Below are positions 52,720 to 64,000 of a stretch of 64,000 nucleotides of DNA, in pieces (position 1 is the first letter of the stretch; each line of letters starts with the position of its first letter). Where the stretch lies: assembly GCF_009914755.1 (NCBI RefSeq), contig NC_060937.1, one strand, 5' to 3'. Made by a program: the position numbers and the translations under genes. Under the pieces are notes generated by a model. The model worked only from the letters and a program-made list of their open reading frames with translations, was not told the origin of the DNA and ran no database searches. This DNA is from the human T2T-CHM13v2.0 reference genome, Homo sapiens.

Positions 52720-52925
52720 AGGGCTGCGTATTTGTGTGTTAAAGGACCTGAAGCTTTTATATTTGTGGGACTCTTTTTAATAAATAAACTCATCTATTAA
52801 AAGTTAGGTAAAATGATGAATACATACTTAGAAGATAAAACAAAGCACAAATGTTTCAAGGTTAACAAATAACACAGCACCCAGAAAAACAAAGAAGCCA
52901 ATGTTTAGGGTAACTGCCTGTCCAT
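52720..52925 (+). mobile_element. Zaphod-like hAT-Tip100 DNA transposon end fragment
   Basis: GGACCTGAAGCTTTTATATTTGTGGGACTCTTTTTAA...AAAGTTAGGTA...CCAGAAAAA...TAACTGCCTG. Confidence 0.55.
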
Positions 52926-53049
52926 ACCAGTAATCCTTTCTTTCTAGACAAGATTCATTAGTTTCAAACTCTAATCACAAAATATACTGTCATAACAGTA
53001 ATCAGGATATCGACACAAATGATACTATTACATGAGTATAATGCATGTG

Positions 53050-53720
53050 TGACTCTGACAATCACCTTGCAAAAATGATGCCTCATCTTTTCTCCTCAGC
53101 ATCCTTTTCTCTGTTGTGGACAGTTTCAGGGATTTCCTAAAACATTCCCATGCTTTCTCTCTTATTTGATTTCACACATCTCTGTGGGTGCCAAAGGATC
53201 TTTCAAAAATGAAAATAAAATCATGTAACCTGCCCATGTAAACATGATTATCTTCACTCAGCACTTAGAATCAAAATTCTTTTTCTATAGTTTACAAGGT
53301 TTTATATGACTTGACCCCTATTTATTCTCACAGCGGCCTCTTTAGCTACTCTTCTCTTTGTTCAATACACTCTTGTCTCACGTCATTTTCAATTCTTATT
53401 ATTTTAGAGACTCTCACCATGTGGATTCCAAGGTTTTCAGAGGTTCTTTCTCCAGCTTTTCATATAGCAGTTTTTAAATATGTCATCTTTTACTGTGTTA
53501 TCTTTTCAAAGATGATTTCTATGACCGTCCCATATAAGTAATTCTATTTAAATAATTTCCATGACCATCCCATATAAGCTCTTTCCAAAGCATCATTTTA
53601 CTCTCCATGATAATATTATTCTTTATTGTCTCATACAACTTAATAATTGTGGTATAACTAATTAATTTGATATTAACTGTTTTGTGTCTATAATGTTTTC
53701 TCCAATTTTAAGCAAATCAA
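53050..53720 (+). mobile_element. L2 fragment
   Basis: GCCAAAGGATCTTTCAAAAATGAAAATAAAATCATGT...GCACTTAGAATCAAAATTC...TACAAGGTTTTATATGACTTGACCCCT. Confidence 0.65.
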
Positions 53721-54559
53721 CAAGTCGTTTGTAATCCTTTGCCCAACTCAGATGTGTTTCATCTTATGAATAATGTGAGGTATATGAAGAAGAAAACACA
53801 AAGATCCTGACAGAAAATGAGACCCTAGGTTTTGTTCTCTGGAAATCTAAGTTCCTTAGGAATTATACAAATGGTAGGTGGGGAGAACTGAATGCCTGTG
53901 AGGAGAAAGAAGTTGAAATAAGAAAAGGAGTGTTAATTTAGTTCAGGTCTAGGGGAGAGTGGTATTCCAAAGTTAGTTGTTCTATATCCCATTACCTTTC
54001 AGAAACCTGGAGAGGTGGTTTTAATGCCAGGTGGATTTTATTTCATTGTTTGGTTTAAAATCTCCTAGAAGATATAACTGAGTTTTAAATTACACATTTG
54101 CAACGTCATATCATAGCATCAAGGTACTGCTGAGGATGGATAAGAAGCACATCAAAGGTGGCCATGATGGGATAAAGATATGGGGTAACTGGCATGCCTT
54201 TTCATCCCACAGTTGACTCATACTGTTTTGATGACCCAGAGAAAGGAGAATGGCACAAATAATGCAGTGGATTCAATTTCCTGCCTGCATTATAAGATGG
54301 GACCTCAAAGTCAGATTTAATATGATTTTAAGAAAATAAAGAAATGTGACTTTTTGTTCTCCTGTCCAAATTTTTGTGCAGGATTCACATGAATACAAAA
54401 GCATTTCTTCTTCTAATGGTTGTTTACCTCTCCCTTTATGAGTTAACTTCCATATCGTTAAGACTTCTATCTGCTTAAATCAATATTACATACCCCAAAA
54501 GAAATAGACCTACCTGGTACAAAGTAGGGGCACAATATGTATATTTGTTAATCATTTAA

Positions 54560-54695
54560 TAAAATATGATTTATAGGAAAGGAGAAGCTCAGTGAAATAC
54601 AATAATAGCCAAAATTAAAGAATTGTTTAATGCCTGAGTGTTCAATGCCTGAGTCTGTATTTACTTATAAATCCTGAGCTCTTAGCCACTGTCTG
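54560..54695 (-). mobile_element. MIR fragment
   Basis: ATTTATAGGAAAGGAGAAGCTCAGTGAA...CCTGAGCTCTTAGCCACTG. Confidence 0.5.
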
Positions 54696-56289
54696 AAATT
54701 TCCTTTGTGTAAAGAGGAAAGCAACTGAAAACTGTTAGCACTGGTATTTACAGCATTTACAAAACAATGCACACATGTGAACATATAGAAAATGGTAGTC
54801 AATAGTAGTTAAAATAAAGTAGTAGGGAACAAACCTCAACTGCTATAAAGCAGCATAATAATGGTTGATAGTCCCACCTGGCAACAAGAAGATTACAAGG
54901 ATTTTTCAAATTATGAATATACAGCACATGAGAATAGAAAACACAGTCAATTGTCTTAGAACCAGAAACTTTATGTAGTTTCTTGAAGCAGGAGCCAGCC
55001 TCCACATCACTGGCCTATGACAAAAAGGTAGGAGAGCCGTTTGAAGTGATAAATGTGAGAAGGCAGAAGCAGAGCTTTCTTTCAGATCTTAACAGGTGTA
55101 ACCAAAAATTCTGAGCTAAACTCAGTAAGAAGTGGTTTTAAATGTCTCCCACAGTGAGTTCAAACTTCTGCAGTTAGTGGATAATTGGTGACAGATGTTG
55201 TAGAAGTAAAAGAAGAATCAACAATCTTCGAGCCTCCTATGGACCCACAGCCCCATTTTAACCTCACGTAATTATCTGCAAGTGTCCCTATTAAGAGGAA
55301 TTACCATTCCAGTTAAATGGGAGACCATGTCATCAGATTTAATTTAGTTCCTTGGAAATGGTGCCAATTAAGTACATATCCTGTTGAAAAGCACATTCCA
55401 GTTAACACAGGGTATTGTATTTAGGGGAAAATTTAAAAGTAGAAAAAAGTAATCAAAGTTTTAGCCATTTGTGGTAATACAAACTAAAAGGAAAATTCAT
55501 TCTGTGAAATAAGTTTGTATTAGTTGTTTACATAAAAGACCTAAAGAAACACAGTTGTTTTCAGTTAATTTTTCTATTCATGTTAGATGTGTAAAGCATA
55601 GCACATAAGTAATGACCTTAAATACTAAATAATTTAGTGTAACAGTCTGGCAGCCAACATAAGAAAAACACAATATATCATATATTGTCTTTCCATTGTA
55701 TTATTTCCTTCACACACACACACATACACACTCACACTCACATTTATATGCTAACATAGATTATAAATTGTCTGGAATAGTGAAGTCCTGTTTATAGTCT
55801 CACTCATTTCTCAGAATCAAAGCTGCTACTTTTATTATTCATATGCCATATATTTCAAAAATATTTTACCAGTTTAAGTAAACAAGAAAAAAAATCGTAA
55901 AGTACTTCTGCAATCTAGAAATTTCATTTAGGAAATTTAAATATCCCTATAATCCAAGTGCAACATTTCCATTCTTATTTAAAAACAGAAGTATTTACTC
56001 AACTCTACTAAAAGAAAACATCCATTATTTAATAAGGGTTAAATATTATTGCATTAGTGAATTATTTAATTCTTTAGCAAATTACTGAAAGTCAAGTTTT
56101 AAAACAACACGTAACCTCAGATTGTGGTTTTCTTAATTACCAGGCTATCAGCTCATCAGTTAGCAAGTCTGATCAGATCAATCTCTTTTCTGATCTTTTC
56201 TTTAACATTGAGAAACTTTAAGGTTTTTGCGTTTTTGTCTTTTCTTTCTGCTTTTTTCCTGATGTCATTATAGTATTATATCTAATAGT

Positions 56290-56780
56290 ACAGGTTGTAA
56301 TTCACTTGGACTTAGCTATGCTGGTTATAGGCAAGATACTCAATCCCTGTAATATTAGTTTTTTTTTTTAACCTATGAATAGATAATGTTGGTACAAATT
56401 TTGATAAGACAAATTTATAGGGTTTCTAACACAGTGGCACAAAATAAACATTTAGTTTTTAAATAACCTTTACTTTACTAATAGAGTTGTGAATATGATT
56501 ATATTTCACAATATTTCAATAATATTCTAGCAGAGGAATTTGAACATCTTTAATCAAAAGACCATAAATTTAGTGACCTAAAATCAATGAGCTTATAATT
56601 CAGAAACACTCTCAAAAAGCCATTTGAATTAGTATAATAGATTATGACTTTTGAGTCTTTATCTATAAAATAGAACAATACAACCTACATTGTATGGAAA
56701 TTCTATTAATTAAATAAAATACAAAAATTAAGTATTACTTAATCTGACATATAGTATGTTCACAATAAATGGTGAAAATA
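56290..56780 (+). mobile_element. Two MIR fragments (~56290-56450, ~56640-56775)
   Basis: CTTAGCTATGCTGGTTATAGGCAAGATACTCAATCCCTG; ATCTATAAAATAGAACAATACAACCTAC...CTGACATATAGTATGTTCACAATAAATGGT. Confidence 0.5.
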
Positions 56781-56839
56781 TACTAGAATTCAATTTAAAG
56801 AACATTTCATTTGGTGGTACTTAAGATTTTTATTGTCCA

Positions 56840-58300
56840 AATAAATAATTGAAGAGAAATGGCTCAGAACTTTCTAATACTAAATAAAATATTAGGAAGT
56901 AACAAACTTTCTAGGAATATCAAAAAGAGTAACTCAATATTCTTCTATACCGAGGCAAACAATAGTAAACTGATGAAAGCCAAAGACAGTGAGAAAAACC
57001 TTATATAAACTACCTTCAAATAAAATGTTTTGCCATCATATAAGCAATATGTACACTTACAGATGACTTCTCAAAAGAGACAATTGGAACAAGAAAATGA
57101 GAGAACAATATCTACAAAATTTTGAAAGAAAATGATTAATCTTGTAGAATTCTTTATTCAAAAAATGTATCCTTTGGAAAAGAAGATGATAAAGGGCATT
57201 TTAGGCAAACTAGAGAACTGATTACAAGCTGACTTGCAATAAAAGGAATACTAAATTATTTTCATTAGGGTCTAAGAAAATTACACCATAAGTATGGTTA
57301 GAGTTGTAAAATTTTTTATGAACAATAAAAAGTAAATCTAAATTAAAAATGAATAAAAAGTGGTAATACCTTATGTGTATGTAGAAATTTAAATATGATA
57401 GATGGATATCAACAGCATATTAAAAACAAGGTATAAACTACTAAACTGTGGTAGGTTATATAAATATTTGCAATTATTCACACTTGCTTGTAGAGGGGAT
57501 TTTTAATTCTGTCTGTTGACATCTGACTGGTGGTGCCTTTTCTTGAGAAAGAAACCTGCTTCCAATGACATACAGAGTCAAGGGTTTATTTTAGAGAGTG
57601 AAATGTACATGAAAGTGGCATATTCCCTTTCAGCAAGTTTTAAAAACCATTACAGGGCTTCATCAACATTTTATTTTCTGTGCTAGGAAAACTTCATGAA
57701 CCAGATAGGGGTTGTTCTTTTAACTTAGAACTAAGAATGAAAAACTGGTGGAGCAGAGCTCTCTTGATCTCAAATGATGTGTTACGTAAGCAAGAAATAA
57801 CAGGTTGTAGTGAAACAGGATGAGGACAAAATAAATTATAAAATGGTATCAATCAAAAAGCAAGCTAGAAAATAGTGAAAATAATTAGGAAAATGGCAGA
57901 TTTAAGCCAAATGTATCAGTAATTACATTACATGAAAATAACATAAAAGTCCAATGGAAGATAAAGATTATAAAATAGGATTATTCTTCTCTAAAATGTG
58001 GTGCTTAAGATGAAAGTACAAAAAATATTTGTGCATAATCCAAGGAAAGCTTTTGGAACTATGTTGATAGACTTTTGGGTATTTAAAAAAAAGAGGGGAA
58101 TATATGGACAGATGGAAGGATCAAAAGACAGAGAGACATATAGATAAAAGTAGTCAATTTATAACACTTTCAATTCACCAGTAAAAAAAAAAAATTGTAA
58201 ATTTCAGGCATCTAATTATTTGGCTTAAAATATAAAGCAAAATTAGACAAATATATGGAGATAAAATAATCCATAATCATAGTAGACACATTTTTAAAAA
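56840..58300 (+). mobile_element. Very old L1ME-like ORF1/ORF2 fragments with probable MLT1 insert (~57480-57810)
   Basis: AATAGTAAACTGATGAAAGCCAAAGACA, CAGATGACTTCTCAAAAGAGACAATTGGA, AAAATGGCAGATTTAAGCCAAATGTATCAGTAATTACATTA. Confidence 0.6.
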
Positions 58301-59367
58301 TTCCTTAGTAATTTATTTAATTTGAAGATACAGAATGTTATTTATTGTGTCTTTACTCCAAAACAATTTCAAACTTACAGAAAAGTTGCAAGAAAAGCAT
58401 AAGTAACTTATGTTTATCCTTCATCTAGAATCTGTAATTGTCAGTACATTTGATTTATCATTCTATTTATATACATATTCTTTTTTTCTGATATATTTAA
58501 GGGAGGAAAAGAAAAAAGTCTGCTCCAATATCTAATCAGGGTTATGTGTTGTAATTAGTTACCCAAAACATATTTTTAAGAATAAAAAATTATTGGCAGT
58601 GAGGATTGGGTGTGGCTTATTTCAATTCAATTTTAAATAATTTGGTTTTATAAGATGAAGGAATTCAAAGGCAGTTTGATGAATAAATTAATTCAAATAT
58701 TGGACTTCCTTTTCATGATTTTTAAATGCGTACTTACATATAATTAATTCATTTGTATCTATGAAATCACAATATTGTAAATATATTATTAAATTTTCCA
58801 TTTACTGTACAACTAAGTGATTTTGAGTAGTAAGCAAAAGAGTGTCGTGTACAACTGCTATAGTAGTCTCTATTTTGTAGCAATGAGGTTGGATCAGAAG
58901 ATAATAAAATAGAAACAGGTGCGCTTACTAGAAAGCAGCATGACACCGTGGGAAGTGTGGCTTGTTGGCAAAGAAAAAGAAGAATGTGACTTGTTGCAAC
59001 AGAAAGCTCTAGAGGTAAAACTAGACAGTTCTTTTTATTTAATCCATGAGCTCATAAAATAGAGCTGTTGTAAATTAAATGTTAATGTTCTTATCCCAAA
59101 ACAAAGATTTTGCATTTGTTTGTGTTTACTATATCAGGTAACTATAACTCATCATAGAACAATATAAGTTCACTATGAGAGCATTTGGAAAATATAACTA
59201 AGCAAAGTTAAGAAAAGTAAAATCTACTCTACTCTCACCCCCTGAAGATAACCATCATGACTATTATGCCATATAGCCTTCTAGATCTTCTTCTATATAA
59301 ACTATTTTAAAATAAATACATGTACACACATATATACATATTATATACAGACAGACATATACAATGA

Positions 59368-59701
<334 letters not shown>

Positions 59702-60589
59702 TTTATGTACATTTAAATAAGGTAAAGTCAACTGCACATACCCAGTGAAAATTTTAAATGTACCGAAACAAAAATTAAAATAGAGACAGGAATCTATCCC
59801 CGCTTATCACTCAAAGAGCATAGGCTTCAGATTTGAGTATCTGCTTGGTGATGAGAATCTACTAGTCTTTAAGGTTCACTTTCTCTGTGTCCCCATACTT
59901 TGCTTATAAAAATGTGTGTGTATTTTCTTTTTGAACTCCCACTATCCAAACTTAAAAAAAATTAGATGTGTTTCATATGAATCCTTCAATCTTTAAACTC
60001 TTACTGTTTGATATTCAAAACGCAGCAACCAAATAGATTTGGATAATTTGGCATCCCTCAAACTCAATATTCAGACTCACTCTCTGAATTCTTCTTATCC
60101 AAAAGCAGAAACCAAATAGATGTGAATGTACAGGGATACTTCTTATTTTTAATAAATAGGATAAAATTATTTTATAGCTTGCTTTTTTCTGCATGTCACA
60201 CTATTAATTCATTTCTGTTGTTAAATAATTTTATAACATCATTTAAAAATAGCTGCCTAATATAATTGTATTTAAAATATATTAAAATAGGTTCACTATT
60301 GTTGGATGCTTCTGTTCTTATCTATTCATAACTGTCTTGTTATAAAATTCCTGCATAATCTTCCATGGAATAAACTTTCCATATCAGTTTTGAAACTAGT
60401 TATTCCTGCGATGGGTTTCCAACCAGGTAGGTAATTATATGTCAGGAGGCTCGGCATGATTCAAATAACTGTGAAAACCAGTACATTCTGCTGTTTCCCT
60501 ATTGCATCCTTGTATATATTGACACAAATGTATTCCTGGAAAAGTGCACTGTGAGAGTAGTACTTATTACCTCTTAGCAGGGCACAAGG

Positions 60590-60800
60590 CTTCAAGAAAG
60601 ACCTTAGGTTTTGGCATCCAGCAGGTGTAAGAAGCCCTTGTTGTAGCCTTATTATTTGCTAAATAATCTTAGGCAAGTTATTTAAACATTTATCCTTCAA
60701 TTTCATCATCTATGCAAAAGGGATTAAATAAGACCTGTGTCACAGAATTTTTGAGAGGACTAAATGAAACAAATTATAAAGATACCTGATTTGTTTTTAC
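60590..60800 (+). mobile_element. MIR SINE
   Basis: ATCTTAGGCAAGTTATTTAAAC...TTCAATTTCATCATCTATGCAAAAGGGAT...CACAGAATTTTTGAGAGGACTAAATGA. Confidence 0.7.
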
Positions 60801-61002
60801 TGGTACTGTTATTGATGTCATAGCTATTAAGAGCCTTCTTAAACTTTGTTTTTATTTATTTCCACAATTACTACATATTTTTGAGACACCAGACTCCTCT
60901 TACTTCTCTTACCTTAACATAAACTTTAATATTGCTAATGTCATTATTTAATGCACTGGCTTTTAAAAATATTTGTTCATAGTGACAAATCTGTTTTTCA
61001 CT

Positions 61003-61266
61003 TTTTTCTTTTGCTTTTCTTTTTTATTTTTTTTAAGACAGTGTCTCTGTTGCCTAGGCCTTCTGCAGTGGTGCAATCACGGATCACTGCAGCTTCAATC
61101 TCCCAGGCTCAAGTGATTCTCCCGCAACACACCTAATTTCATTTTTTGTAGAAGATGGGGTGTTGCTACATTGCCCAGGCTGGTCTCAAACTCCTGGCCT
61201 CAAGTGATCCTCCCACCTCGGTCTCACAAAGTGCTAAGATTACAGGCGTGATCACCACACCTAGCC
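61003..61266 (-). mobile_element. AluJ SINE with internal deletion in the right arm
   Basis: TCACTGCAGCTTCAATCTCCCAGGCTCAAG; segment missing after GATTCTCCCGC; approximate TSD CTGTTTTTCAC/CTGTTTTCCT. Confidence 0.88.
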
Positions 61267-61594
61267 CTGTTTTCCTTCATGTTACCCATAAGCATACCGA
61301 AATATATATGTATACATACATATCTGAAATAATATGTTAATTTTATACCTGCTGTCATATTCTATCTTTTCTTTATTTTTAAAGACAAGTCATAACTCAT
61401 TAAACTAATTTTAAACTCACAATTTGAAAAACACTGATCTAGTGAACAGAGGTAGAGCTAGGTACAACAGAGTTCAATTTACGGAATTTGGCTGTATCTC
61501 TAGCCTCACTAGAAGTCACTTGTTAAGAAAAGGAGGATAATTTCAAGTCATTTTTAGTCAGTATACAAATAAAAGTCACTTAAATTACAGAAAG

Positions 61595-61755
61595 TTAGTA
61601 AGAGTTCCTGGGCTATGGAGTCACAAAAAACAAGGCTGAAATTTTAACTTAGCCATTCTAACTCCATAAACTTGAAAACAATTCATTAACTTTTCAAGCC
61701 TCAGTTTCTTCATCTATAAACCATATGTTAGAGGCAATAATGGAGTTGCTAAAAG
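61595..61755 (+). mobile_element. MIR fragment
   Basis: GGGCTATGGAGTCACA...AACTTTTCAAGCCTCAGTTTCTTCATCTATAAA. Confidence 0.7.
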
Positions 61756-61799
61756 TGTAAATCCTTTTTGGGCAATTCTGATATGTTATCTGTATTTTT

Positions 61800-64000
61800 A
61801 AAATTGTATTTTTTAAAAATTTCTAGTTGACACATAGTTGTACATATTTATTGTATATAGAGTGATTTTTCAATGCATGTATATGAAATGTGTAATGATC
61901 AATTCAGGATAATCAGCATATCCATCACTTCAAAAATTTATTATTTTTGTGTTGGGAATATTCAAAATCCTCTCTTCTAGCTATTTGAAAACATACAATA
62001 AATTATTGTTAACTATAATCACCCTACTATGATGTAGAACACTAGCACTTATTCCTCCTCAGTGTAATTTATTTCCTTTAGCCAGCCTCTGTCTGTTTCC
62101 CTGCCACATCCCCTGTTCAGCCTCTAGTAACCACTATCCTACTCTCTACTTCTAAGCGATTAATTTTTTGAAATTCCACGTACGAGTGAATACATGTAGC
62201 ATTTATCTTCTTGTGCCTGGTTTATTTTGCTTAGCATAATGTCCACCAAGCTCATTCATGTTGCCACAAATTACAAGACATCTTTCTTTTTATGACTGGG
62301 TATTATTCCATTGTGTATGTATACCACATTTTAAAAATCGTTTCATCTGTTGATGGACACTTAAGTTGATTGAATGTCTTGGCTGTTGTGAATAGTGCTG
62401 CAATACTCATGGGGGTGCAGATATCTCTTTAATATACTGATTTCCCTTCATTTGTATATATACCCAGTAGTCAGATTAGTAAATCATATGTTAATACTAT
62501 GTTTAGTTTTTTAAGAAACCTCCATACTGTTTTCCATACGGTTGTGCAAATTTACATTCCCCCCAATAGTATATAAGAGTTCCCTTTTCTCTGCATTATC
62601 TGCAGCATTTTTGGGGGGACGGGGGGTCAGTCTTTTAGATAATAGCTATTCTAATGGGGGAGACATGACATCTCACTGTTGTTATGATTTGATTTGCATT
62701 TCTCTGATGATTGGTGATATTTATAACGTTTTCTTATACTTGTTGGCCATTTATACGATTTCATTGAGAAATACCTATTTAGATTATTTGCCTATTTTCT
62801 AATTGCATTATTTGTAGGTTTTTTTTTCCTGTTGAGATATTTAAGTTCCTTGTATATTCTGGATATTAATCCCTTGTCAAATGAATAGTTTGCAAATATT
62901 TTCCCTCATTTTGCATATTGTCTCTGATGATTGTTTCCTTTGCTACACAGAGACTTTTTAGTTTGATATAATCACATTTTCATACTTTGATTTTTGTTGC
63001 CTATGCATTTGAGGTCTTATCCATGAAATCATTTGAGGTCTCATCCATGAAATCTTTTCCCACACCAATATCCTGAGGCATTTCTCCCATATTTTCTTCT
63101 AGAAGTTCTATAGTTTTAGGTCTTAACATTTAAGTCTTTAATTCATTTTTATTTGATATAAATTTTCCCTCTTTACTTGAGAGAAGAGGTCTAGTTTTAT
63201 TCTGCTACCTATGGATATCCAGTCTTCCCAACATCATTTTTTGAAAAGATTGTCCTTTCTTCACTGTGTGTTCTTGGTGCCTTTGCCAAAAATCAGTTAG
63301 CTGTAAATACGTGAATTTACTTCTGGGTTCTCTATTCTGTTCCTTTGCTCTGTATGTTTTTGTTTATGCCAGTATCATGCATGCTGTTTTATTTACTATA
63401 TAGCTTTATAGTATATTTGAAAGTCAGTTATTGTGATCACCAGATGTGTTCTTTTTGCTTAGAATTGTTTTGACTATTTGAAGTGTTGTGTGGTTCCATA
63501 CGAATTTCATGACTTTTTTTCTTACTTCTGTGAAAAATGTCATTGGTATTTTCAAAGGGATTGCCTTCAATCTATAGACCAGTTGGGTAATATGGTCATT
63601 TTAACAATATTAATTTTTCCAAACCATGAACAAGAGATCACTCTCCATTTTGTGTGTATTCTTTTCAATTTTCTGCATGAATGTTTTGTAATGTTTATTG
63701 TAGAGATCTTTAACTTCCTAGGTTAAATTGATTTCTGAGTATTTTTTGCAGCTATTGTAAATTGGATTGCTTTCTTGATTTTTTCCTGATATTTTGTTAT
63801 TGTTGTACAGAAATTCTCCTGATTTTGTATGTTGATTTTGTGCCCTCAACTTTACTGAACTCATTTATCTGTTCTAGGAATTTTTTGGAAGAATTTTTAG
63901 GTTTTTCTGTACAAAAGAACATGTCCGCTGGAAACAGGGACAATTTGACTACCTCCTTTTTAATTTAAACACTATTTATTTCTCTTCCCTAATTACTCTG
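61800..64000 (-). mobile_element. L1MA (MA4-6-like) 3' UTR and ORF2 3' portion, continuing beyond the window
   Basis: GTTGACACATAGTTGTACATATTTAT...TGTGTAATGATCAATTCAGG...TTCAAAATCCTCTCTTCTAGCTATTTG; antisense ORF2 motifs to the window end. Confidence 0.92.

Overview
This is AT-rich (roughly one-third GC by eye), CpG-poor primate genomic DNA, most likely human or great ape, since AluY and a MER11 solo LTR are present. It reads as a gene desert or the interior of a very large intron. I find no protein-coding exon, RNA gene, CpG island or CRISPR-like array, and the supplied ORFs are chance read-throughs of Alu, L1, LTR or low-complexity sequence. The window is a layered record of transposable elements: about 14 Alu/FLAM copies, many with TSDs; solo LTRs (MER11, LOR1b, LTR8A, MLT1, MST, THE1C/D, MLT2A, LTR40-like); long decayed L1M tracts; L2 and MIR relics; and hAT DNA transposons (MER5A, MER63, Zaphod). 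Subfamily names come from recalled consensus sequences and need RepeatMasker/Dfam confirmation. I cannot support a novel biological system here. The best leads are modest: an exact 27-bp direct repeat 1.4 kb apart in non-repeat context, a pre-miRNA-sized hairpin inside a MER63, two clusters of overlapping fold-back hairpins, an internally deleted L1MB, a twin-priming-like inverted L1MA, and LTRs from families with known regulatory roles (MER11, MLT2A).
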